A DNA stretch of 24,000 nt. Source: an uncultured Chloroflexia bacterium (lineage in GTDB: Bacteria; Chloroflexota; Anaerolineae; Anaerolineales; UBA4823). Numbering within the stretch: the first letter of the stretch is position 1; every line of letters begins with the position of its first letter. Position numbers and translations under genes: made by a program. Shown here piece after piece: positions 8,243 through 15,477 of the stretch. The stretch spans positions 99,954-123,953 of the forward strand of contig CAVZEP010000033.1 in NCBI GenBank assembly GCA_963774275.1, in the 5' to 3' direction. The notes under the pieces are model-generated. The model did no database searches. It was given only the letters and a program-made list of their open reading frames with translations, and was not told the DNA's origin.

Positions 8243-9013
8243 TTATACCGGTGCCAGGGTGCCTGCAAAGATGATCCATGCCAGGACGGTCTTGGCAGCC
8301 AGGCTCAGGATGATATACACACGCTCGCCAAATAGATAATCCTTCCAGGGACCGACCTTCTTATATTGCAGCACCATATTCACTGCGAAGATGTTGAAGA
8401 AGACAAACAAGGTGGGGATGATGGCGTACACAAAAGCGGGTGGTTTTCCACCTTCACCAGCCAATGAGCCGATGAAATAGGTCACGATCACAATCCAGGG
8501 GATGATGCCAGCGATGGACCCATAGATGAATGCGGTCCAATTCGTCTTTTGCGTGTTCTGGTTATGGAGCTCCATCATGATTCCGAACAGGTTCATCATG
8601 GCATTGATACCAAAGATGAGTATGATGGCACCCAGGTCATAAATGCCCACCAGCATGCCAATCAGAACGATCATCACAGAAGAGGAAAGCGCATATTCAT
8701 AAAACCGTACTGGGTTCATGCCCTTCTTCAAGTTCGATACGTAAAGCTTGTTCCCGATTGTAGCCAGGAAAAAGTGCGCTACAGCCGAGATTAGCAGAAA
8801 GACCGCCACCGCAGGTCCAAAGCGAAGTTCAGCAGCCAATTTAAGGTCGGGGACCAGGGCCATTTTGGTCAAATCGAATTTCAGGAAGCTGGTATAAATC
8901 GGATAGGCGGTATCATTGCTTAGTACAATCATCAGGATGCCCTGTACCAGGTGTAAAAAGCCCATCACCAGGTTGAAACGGCGTAATCCCTTGAATTTCT
9001 TGTCGTTGTCCAT
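8243..9013 (-). CDS. Heliorhodopsin (retinal-binding 7-TM photoreceptor, inverted topology)
   Basis: By-eye alignment to heliorhodopsin 48C12:
- RFNLVMGFLHLVQ..LSND vs NFNRIAGVFHLLQ..LAND
- VRFYEYALSSSVMIVLIG vs FRWVEYSLSSSVMIVLIA
- GIIPWIVIV vs GIVPWIGLL
- FVYAIIPTLFVFFNIFA vs FVYGIIISLFLFFNSFA
- GERVYIILSLAAKTVLAWIIFAGTLAPV vs GERAYIVLSLVAKSALAWQIFSGTLIPA
Schiff-base Lys is K241 (codon 8291-8293). The counterion Glu is E106, and H21 and H80 are conserved. RBS GGAG upstream. Confidence 0.9.
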   Translation of the reverse strand: MDNDKKFKGLRRFNLVMGFLHLVQGILMIVLSNDTAYPIYTSFLKFDLTKMALVPDLKLAAELRFGPAVAVFLLISAVAHFFLATIGNKLYVSNLKKGMNPVRFYEYALSSSVMIVLIGMLVGIYDLGAIILIFGINAMMNLFGIMMELHNQNTQKTNWTAFIYGSIAGIIPWIVIVTYFIGSLAGEGGKPPAFVYAIIPTLFVFFNIFAVNMVLQYKKVGPWKDYLFGERVYIILSLAAKTVLAWIIFAGTLAPV

Positions 9014-9098
9014 TTTTATTCTCCATTCTACTTATGATTTTTTCCCCAAAAATGTCCCTCGTTTGGTGAATGAGCATTTAGTGGGTATTTATGGTAAA

Positions 9099-9142
9099 TT
9101 GTACATATATTGTATAGTTAATAATAACATATTGTATATATA
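9099..9142 (-). promoter_or_regulatory. Putative CarH/LitR operator: four phased 11-bp direct repeats
   Basis: Read on the minus strand: tAtaTatACAa (9142-9132), tAtgTtaTTAt (9131-9121, degenerate), tAacTatACAa (9120-9110), tAtaTgtACAa (9109-9099). Three of the four fit nAnnTnnACAn exactly. On the plus strand, TTGTAYA recurs at 9099, 9110 and 9132, which is an exact 11-bp register. The array lies 86-129 nt upstream of the heliorhodopsin ATG. Confidence 0.5.
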
Positions 9143-9149
9143 TTGGCAA
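9121..9149 (-). promoter_or_regulatory. Putative sigma70-type promoter of the heliorhodopsin-litR unit
   Basis: Minus strand: TTGCCA (9149-9144), a 17-nt spacer, then TATTAT (9126-9121). The direct repeats occupy the spacer, the -10 and the predicted +1 region. The region is AT-rich, so a chance match is possible. Confidence 0.35.
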
Positions 9150-9302
9150 GGAAATTGGGATTAATAGTTGCTTAAAAAAGTAGAAAATTAATCACGATAA
9201 CCGGGAGCGTTAATACATGGATCTCCTGATTTAGAACTGGTTACCGCCGGATAATATAGTACCGTTGTGTAAAAAGAAATCCTGGGGGTGAGGCGCTTTA
9301 TT

Positions 9303-10793
9303 TCAATCCAGCTCAGTCAGCTCATCCATGATTCGTTTTGCCACCAGGCGGGCAGAGATCATGGAGGTCGGGATACCTGTGCCGGGATGAGTGCTTGCGC
9401 CTACGAAGTATAAATTGTGCAAGCGCGGGTGTCGGTTGGAAGGGCGAAAATATCCCAATTGGGTCAAGTTATGCGATAAGCCGTGTGTGGAACCGTTCAC
9501 CAGGTTATATCGTTTACGCCAGGAAAGGGGTGTGAAAGACGTCTCAAATTTGATATGGGCTTCAAGATCTGTTATGCCAAGAGTCCGCAGCCGGCGGAAC
9601 ACGTGTGCGCGTGCCAGGTCTGTCAGGTTATCCCAATCCTGTTCCCCATTCTCAGACAGGTGCCCCACGGGTACGATGGCGATCAGGGTATCTTCACCTG
9701 GGGGTGCCATGGAGGGGTCAAGCCGCGTCGGAGCGTGGACATACAGGCTGGGATTGGCAGGTAGATCAAGGTCACGAATGATGGAATCAAAATTAGCTCG
9801 ATAATCATCCGCCAGGAAAAGGGTGTGTGGACCCAGGGTCTCGTAGGGTTTATCCACGCCCCAAAAGAAACTGATTACTGAGCATGAATAGTTCTTGCGG
9901 GATAATTTTTCTGCCAGGCCATCCATCGGCAGCAGGCTCTGGTATACATACGGCAGGTCGGCATTTGCCAGGAACACGTCCGCCCCCATTTTTAGGTTAT
10001 GTTCAAGTGTCACATCCTTGACGTGACCACTATCGACATTGATCCCCTCCGCGGTAGTATCAAAAGCAAATTCCACTCCAGCCTCACGAGCCAGGGCCAT
10101 GAGCGCATCCACGATGCTGTACATTCCTCCTTTCGGATACCACACCCCATGCGCTAGCTCTGTATACTGCATCAAGGAAAAGGTTGCAGGACCTTCAAAA
10201 GGGCTTAACCCCATGTACACGTCCTGGAAAGTGAATGCCGCCTTTAACCGTGGATTGTCGAAATATGCCGACATGTTGGCATAGTGTTTTACCAATGGTT
10301 TTAGCTGAAAAAGCAGTGGGATATTACCCAGGGAAAAGAATTCGGAAAATCGGCGAAAATCACGGTTGACTAACTTTTCCATCCCCAAACGATAGTGCCG
10401 TTCGCCCTCCTCATGATAGCGCATGAAACCCTGATATGCGCCTGCTTCAATTGATTCCAGCTGATCCCTCATGGATTGCATGTCCGAGGTGAGTGCCAGC
10501 TGGCTGCCATCGTCGAAAACCAGGCGATACGTCGGGTCCAACTGCTGCAGATTGAGTAAATTACTCATCGAGGTACCTAATGCTGCGAATTCTGCTTCAT
10601 AGACTCGTGGCATCACCAGCAGGGTTGGACCGGTATCAAAATGGTGACCCTCACGCTCAATCCAATCACAGCGCCCACCCGGGTTGGGGTTCTTTTCCAC
10701 CACAGTGACATGCAAGCCATGAGATGCCAGGTGGGTCGCTGCGCAGATCCCACCTATCCCCGCGCCGATGATAACCACTGATTTAGATTTCAT
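9303..10793 (-). CDS. crtI: Phytoene desaturase (bacterial CrtI type)
   Basis: N-terminal FAD fold VVIIGAGIGGICAATHLASHGLHVTVVEKNPNPGGRC. FDTGPTLL motif. C-terminal bacterial phytoene dehydrogenase signature NLYFVGASTHPGTGIPTSMISARL. The ATG overlaps the crtB stop (ATGA at 10790-10793). Confidence 0.9.
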   Translation of the reverse strand: MKSKSVVIIGAGIGGICAATHLASHGLHVTVVEKNPNPGGRCDWIEREGHHFDTGPTLLVMPRVYEAEFAALGTSMSNLLNLQQLDPTYRLVFDDGSQLALTSDMQSMRDQLESIEAGAYQGFMRYHEEGERHYRLGMEKLVNRDFRRFSEFFSLGNIPLLFQLKPLVKHYANMSAYFDNPRLKAAFTFQDVYMGLSPFEGPATFSLMQYTELAHGVWYPKGGMYSIVDALMALAREAGVEFAFDTTAEGINVDSGHVKDVTLEHNLKMGADVFLANADLPYVYQSLLPMDGLAEKLSRKNYSCSVISFFWGVDKPYETLGPHTLFLADDYRANFDSIIRDLDLPANPSLYVHAPTRLDPSMAPPGEDTLIAIVPVGHLSENGEQDWDNLTDLARAHVFRRLRTLGITDLEAHIKFETSFTPLSWRKRYNLVNGSTHGLSHNLTQLGYFRPSNRHPRLHNLYFVGASTHPGTGIPTSMISARLVAKRIMDELTELD

Positions 10794-11760
10794 CTTTCCT
10801 CGATTCGGTCTGATAAAGCCACCTGTTCACCTGGCTCTAGTTTCATCCAGGGAAAGTTAGCTATCGAAGTAAAGACCCTCCAGGCTATCCATAAACCAGC
10901 CTTGACGCTTTTTCGTTCGGGATATTCCGGTCGAAGGTAGTATTGATCCTGCTCAATCCTTCTGAGCATCCACTCAAAACGGGCAAGATAAGCGTAAGCT
11001 GCCAGTCGACTGCGCAGGTTTTTAACCTGGGCCATGTACTTCCTGCCACCGCTGAAATAGTGGCGGGCTAACTCCACTCTCCCGAATACCCACTTCCGGA
11101 ACGACAGGCGTGTGCAATTCTGCTAACGAAATCTTCTCTGATTGGATATATTCGCCGGGAATATTGAAATATCCTGCGGATATATCTTCCACTGTATCGC
11201 GCAGCATATGCACCATATGCGCACCGCACACTGCATCGTAACGGGTTTCAGAAATGGGAGGGGGATCTTTGTGACCGATCAAGTAAAACAGCACCTCCGT
11301 CACAGCCGTGGAGAGTAAATGTGTATATTCGGTTAATTCGGCGTGGGAAATAACTCGACCACAGCGTTCCACGTCAAATGCCATCACCTTCATCATATTG
11401 CTTAGATAAAACTGCAGCCCACTGTGTTCTTCCTGATCGTTTCGGACCAAATCCACCAGCATCTGCTCCTCAGGGCTCACATCTCCCGGAAAATTCCCCT
11501 GATAACAAGCCTCCAGAAACGCTTGCTGATGTTGTATCAGGGTGATCTTTTCTTGTTTTGTACCTGAATTGCAGTCAAGAAGATCGTCCAACCATCGAAA
11601 ATAGGCATAAGCCCGAAAAGCATCGTCCACACGCTCTCGATCCGCTAAGAGACGGAATGTGTAATACGTCTGCTTGCTGCCTGCTCTGGTAATCCTGGCA
11701 GGTAAACCTGGCTCCCCCGATTGCGTAGAGTGCTTTGAGCGATATAACAGTTTTGAACAT
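10790..11760 (-). pseudogene. crtB: Phytoene/squalene synthase family gene (CrtB-like) interrupted by two apparent +1 frameshifts
   Basis: Three reading segments cover one family-typical protein:
- MFKTVISLKALYAIG... starts at ATG 11760.
- ...GLPARITRAGSKQTYYTFRLLADRERVDDAFRAYAYFRWLDDLLD...MVHMLRDTVEDISAGYFNIPGEYI is the frame of track ORF 11022-11630, open upstream to 11750 with no ATG/GTG/TTG.
- SFRKWVFGRVELARHYFSGGRKYM...AAYAYLARFEWMLRRIE is track ORF 10790-11077.
The shifts lie at the C5 run 11714-11718 and within about 11101-11120. Confidence 0.8.
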
Positions 11761-12026
11761 ATTTATCAACTTTCCGAATCCGGATTACAAGTATACTCCG
11801 TTAATTATTACGTAAAATGAGTGTGAACGCCTCAGATAAGATAGACATAATGATCGGGGTTACTTCCTGGAAAATAGAGGATTAATCAGCAGGGTTAATC
11901 GATTAGCTGTGGCAGGAATTAATACTCATCATAATTATCATAATAAAGGAAATGATCGTATGAGGCATATGTGGTGGTAAGATTATCTCACTCAACTAAA
12001 AAAACACATTACTACTGGAGGGATTT

Positions 12027-13148
12027 ATGGATGCAAAAATGCAAGCCACTGCATTGGCCAGCTTGAAAGATGAGCTCAATGGAGGCTACCTGTACGATGC
12101 CCTAGCCCAAGCGGAGAAAGATACCCGCCTGGCAGAAGTTTATCGGCGGATGGCAGTCGTGGAGCGCAAGCATGCTGCCGTATGGACGGAAAGGTTAAAA
12201 GCTGCCGGGGTGGCAATCCCTGAGTTTGTGCCTAATTGGCGTAGCCGAACCCTTGCCTGGGCAGCCAAACGCCTGGGTGTGGCAGCAGTTTTACCCACGG
12301 TCATTGGGAATGAACGGAAAGATAGCCGTAAATATGCTCACACACCCGGTGGTGCAGAGATGGCAGCGGATGAATCATCCCATAACCGCTTGCTGAGTCG
12401 CGTGGCTTCCACCATGAAGGGTGGGATGGAGGGTGGGGCGCTGGCTCAACTGGAGGGAAGGCATCGGGCGGGTGGTGGCAATGCATTGCGCGCCGCGGTA
12501 CTTGGTGCAAATGATGGCCTGGTATCAAATTTGAGCCTGGTTATGGGCGTTGCTGGGGCTGCGCTTAATAATTCAGCCATCCTGATCACCGGTTTTGCTG
12601 GGTTACTGGCTGGTGCAATCTCGATGGCCCTGGGGGAATGGCTCTCGGTACAAAGCTCAAGGGAATTGTACAAGCATCAGATTGGCATTGAAAAAGCTGA
12701 GCTGGCAGCCGCCCCAGAAGAAGAAGCGGAAGAGTTGGCATTGATCTATGAGGCACGTGGCGTACCCAAGGATGAGGCCCAACGCATGGCACAGCACATT
12801 ATCAGTGACCCGGCTTCAGCCCTCGAAACGTTGGCACGCGAAGAGCTTAATGTGAATCCATCCGAGTTGGGTGGTTCAGCCTGGGAGGCAGCCCTAACAT
12901 CCTTCTTTCTTTTCACCATTGGGGCGATCATCCCTGTGATTGCCTTTACTTTCCTCACCGGTTTTACTGCGGTGATTGTCAGCATGGTATTGAGCGGGGT
13001 CGGGCTATTTATCATCGGTGCGGGTATTACCCTGTTCACCGGGCGAAATTTGCTTTATTCTGGTGTGAGGCAGGTATTATTTGGCCTGATTGCAGCCATG
13101 GTCACCTATGGTATCGGCCGGTTGGTCGGAGGTAATCTGGGCGGATAG
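12027..13148 (+). CDS. mbfA: Erythrin-VIT1 fusion (MbfA-like membrane-bound ferritin / VIT-family iron exporter)
   Basis: N-terminal ferritin-like domain (LNGGYLYDALAQAEKDTRLAEVYRRMAVVERKHAAVW). C-terminal VIT1/CCC1 domain (ALRAAVLGANDGLVSNLSLVMGVAGA, GEWLSVQSSRE, TM helices at the C-terminus). RBS GGAGG at 12017-12021. Confidence 0.8.
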   Translation: MDAKMQATALASLKDELNGGYLYDALAQAEKDTRLAEVYRRMAVVERKHAAVWTERLKAAGVAIPEFVPNWRSRTLAWAAKRLGVAAVLPTVIGNERKDSRKYAHTPGGAEMAADESSHNRLLSRVASTMKGGMEGGALAQLEGRHRAGGGNALRAAVLGANDGLVSNLSLVMGVAGAALNNSAILITGFAGLLAGAISMALGEWLSVQSSRELYKHQIGIEKAELAAAPEEEAEELALIYEARGVPKDEAQRMAQHIISDPASALETLAREELNVNPSELGGSAWEAALTSFFLFTIGAIIPVIAFTFLTGFTAVIVSMVLSGVGLFIIGAGITLFTGRNLLYSGVRQVLFGLIAAMVTYGIGRLVGGNLGG

Positions 13149-13195
13149 GTGTCGCCCGATTTTCGATTGTCTACAGCGTGATAGCACCCCGTGCC

Positions 13196-13465
13196 TCAGG
13201 CTGGACACCGATCAGGGAGCGGTATGGCAATTTTCGAAGACCGCCGAGCGAGTTTTAGATAGAAACGTTCATAGCCTGGGCTTTCCATGAATGCCCACAG
13301 GCTGCCCATCTCTCCAGTCTGCCCGCATGAGGCGCATTCGATTGACCCCACTGTCATCTCTACATCGAACACTTCGTGCAGAATACCCGCCATCGCATTG
13401 CCATCCAGCATCAAGGATACGCTTTCCTCAAATAGGTTGGTTTCCATTCTATCTCCTGCCATCAT
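13196..13465 (-). CDS. DUF6510-like small protein
   Basis: LDGNAMAGILHEVFDVEMTVGSIECASCGQTGEMGSLWAF... and the C-terminal ...IAIPLPD resemble DUF6510 proteins that follow ferredoxin reductase genes. The usual second CxxC appears to be missing. 4-nt overlap with the upstream reductase gene. Family call from memory. Confidence 0.5.
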   Translation of the reverse strand: MMAGDRMETNLFEESVSLMLDGNAMAGILHEVFDVEMTVGSIECASCGQTGEMGSLWAFMESPGYERFYLKLARRSSKIAIPLPDRCPA

Positions 13466-14235
13466 GAACTTCCAGTTGGTCCAAAGCGTTCTGTACGGAT
13501 CTGGCTCGCAGGGATGTCAAGCGTCACCAGCCCATTGGCAACTCCTTCCACGAGCGTAGTTGGACCGCAGATATAAGCTTTGACTTCATTCCCGAGCGGT
13601 CTTGCAACCTCCTCCAGCATTTGCATATCGATCCGTCGCCTATAGCCGTCCCATCCCTGTGGTTGTTCACGCGTCAGGACATGGAATACCTCCAGGCCTG
13701 AGCCATTTGCCCTTAAATAATCAATTTCGTCTCGATAAATAATATCTTCATATGTACGGGAGCTGTAAAGCAATCGCACCGGCACTTTAGAGCCTGAAGC
13801 ACACCGGTGGCGGATCATCGCCATCAACGGGACGATGCCTGAACCTCCGGCGACCAGGAGCAGTGGTCCTCCCATGCTCGCTTCCCACACGAAATACCCG
13901 CCAATCGGACCGCGTAGTTCCACCTGGTCACCCACAATGAGGAGATCATGCAAATACGTGGAAACTTCCCCATCTTCCAGGCGTTCAATGGTGAGCTCTA
14001 TCTCGCCAATCTGCTCGGGGGTGGATGCGATTGAATAACTGCGCTGAGCCTGATATCCATCCGGGGCAGTCAACCGAACATCATAGTGCTGGCCTGCCCG
14101 ATGAGGTCTCCAATCTGGCAATGCCAGGGTAAAGGTCTTGACGCTTCGCGTCTCCTGCCTGACCTTGACCACAGTGGATATCCGCCATTCCAACACTCGT
14201 GGCAGCACACCATCTTTAATCAGTTCTGTCTCCAT
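13462..14235 (-). CDS. FNR-like ferredoxin reductase (FAD/NAD(P)-binding oxidoreductase)
   Basis: FAD motif RSYSIAS. GEVSTYLH. NAD(P) motif LLLVAGGSGIVPLMAMIRH. C-terminal ICGPTTLVE...ERFG. I chose start ATG 14235 (METELIKDG); the track start 14313 extends 26 poorly coding codons into the upstream gene. Confidence 0.8.
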   Translation of the reverse strand: METELIKDGVLPRVLEWRISTVVKVRQETRSVKTFTLALPDWRPHRAGQHYDVRLTAPDGYQAQRSYSIASTPEQIGEIELTIERLEDGEVSTYLHDLLIVGDQVELRGPIGGYFVWEASMGGPLLLVAGGSGIVPLMAMIRHRCASGSKVPVRLLYSSRTYEDIIYRDEIDYLRANGSGLEVFHVLTREQPQGWDGYRRRIDMQMLEEVARPLGNEVKAYICGPTTLVEGVANGLVTLDIPASQIRTERFGPTGSS

Positions 14236-14860
14236 AATAGCGTTCCTCTTTCCATGGATCACCGTGATTGTTGTAACCCAATGATTCCCAAAAGCCTGGC
14301 TTGTCAGTTTCAATTAGGGTCAATCCACGTACCCATTTTGCGCTTTTCCAAAAGTAGAGGGCCGGTACAACCAGGCGCGCCGGGCCTCCATGCTCTGGTG
14401 CCAGTGGAGCATTGTTGTATAGATATCCTATAAATGCCTTCCCACCCATGATTTCGTTCAATGGCATGTTAGTAGTGTATCCCCCGTCACAGAATGCGGT
14501 CACGAAATGTGCATTTGGATCGACCTCCACCAATTCCAACAAGATATCGACGCTGACTCCCTCCCATTGGGTATCCAGTTTCGACCATTTTGTAACACAG
14601 TGGATGTCTACCGTGAAATTGCGGGAAGGTAGGCGTTGAAATTCGGACCAAGACCAGCGTACAGGTTGCCTCACCAGACCATTGATCTCAAAGTTCCACC
14701 GGTCTAGATGTGTGCGTGGAGTAGGTCCGGCTGAAAGGACGGGGAAATCATTGGTGACATATTGCCCAGGTGGTACCCGGTCGGGAGGGTTGTCTAATCT
14801 GCGTTTTCCTAAAAATCCACGGGAATGAAATATTCTGCTCATTTTGCCCACCCAAATCAT
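14216..14860 (-). CDS. Sulfite-oxidase-like molybdopterin oxidoreductase (small, catalytic domain only)
   Basis: SUOX-fold Moco domain: FPVLSAGPTP...W.F.I.G, the Mo-ligand Cys context VDIHCVTKWSKLDTQWEGV, EHGGPARLVVPALYFWKSAKWVRGL and PGFWESLGYNNHGDPWKEERY. The start may be ATG 14842. Confidence 0.85.
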   Translation of the reverse strand: MIWVGKMSRIFHSRGFLGKRRLDNPPDRVPPGQYVTNDFPVLSAGPTPRTHLDRWNFEINGLVRQPVRWSWSEFQRLPSRNFTVDIHCVTKWSKLDTQWEGVSVDILLELVEVDPNAHFVTAFCDGGYTTNMPLNEIMGGKAFIGYLYNNAPLAPEHGGPARLVVPALYFWKSAKWVRGLTLIETDKPGFWESLGYNNHGDPWKEERYYGDRTD

Positions 14861-15106
14861 AATATTGCGATAATTATGATGGATTATATCATATTACTCT
14901 GCGATTCATTGAAGTAAACGAAGGGTAATACCTATCCCTGCATATCAGCCAATACATTCAGATAGTGCAGTCAGAGAACAATCATAAGCGAGGAATATAG
15001 ATAACTTTATCGGGGATACAAAGCGATTTGAGAGGAAGCTGTAAAGAAAATCAACTATGGTGTGTAAAATCAGATATGCGCACGCATATATTGTGAAGGA
15101 GCCAGT

Positions 15107-15457
15107 TCATTCTGACGCTCTTCCATAAAGTTGGTCAGTTTTCGCTGCCATAATAAAGTCGTTTTGGTGCAATCCTTTGATCTTGTGCGTCCACCAGGTG
15201 ACTGTCACTTTACCCCATTCTGTTTGGATGGCAGGGTGGTGGTCCTCTTCATTGGCCGCATTTGCCACCCGGTTGGTGAAGTCTAAAGCCTGATTAAAAT
15301 CCTTGAATTTGAATGTTTTTTCCAGGCGTAGTTCGCCATCTCTCTCAAATACTTGCCAGTCAGGAAGTTTGGTTGTGTATTGACTGATATCATGCTCATC
15401 AAACCGTGGAGTGTTAGCCGTAATCGAACTACAGTGTAGTAGCGCTAATTTGTCCAT
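15107..15457 (-). CDS. phhB: Pterin-4-alpha-carbinolamine dehydratase (PCD/DCoH family)
   Basis: LEKTFKFKDFNQALDFTNRVANAANEEDHHPAIQTEWGKVTVTWWTHKIKGLHQNDFIMAAKTD is the canonical PCD core with the [DE]-x3-HHP motif. RBS AAGGA. It lies 20 nt after the DinB gene. Confidence 0.9.
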   Translation of the reverse strand: MDKLALLHCSSITANTPRFDEHDISQYTTKLPDWQVFERDGELRLEKTFKFKDFNQALDFTNRVANAANEEDHHPAIQTEWGKVTVTWWTHKIKGLHQNDFIMAAKTDQLYGRASE

Positions 15458-15477
15458 ATAGAATCCTTTTCGTTCAA

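Noticed and set aside
8175-8279. N-terminal extension of the MerR/LitR ORF (track start 8279, MDHLCRHPGTGINSREC...).
   Set aside because: It overlaps the 3' end of the heliorhodopsin gene by 37 nt and has no MerR-like sequence. The conserved HTH begins right after the internal ATG at 8174.
14236-14313. N-terminal extension of the ferredoxin reductase ORF (MKLTSQAFGNHWVTT...).
   Set aside because: It lies wholly within the upstream Moco-enzyme coding region in another frame. The conserved domain starts after ATG 14235.
15073-15088. Inverted repeat ATATGCG-ca-CGCATAT just downstream of the PCD gene and ~215 nt upstream of the Moco-enzyme gene.
   Set aside because: The 2-nt loop is too tight for an RNA terminator. 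As a protein-binding palindrome it is a single short AT/GC site with no second copy or known consensus, so the evidence is insufficient.
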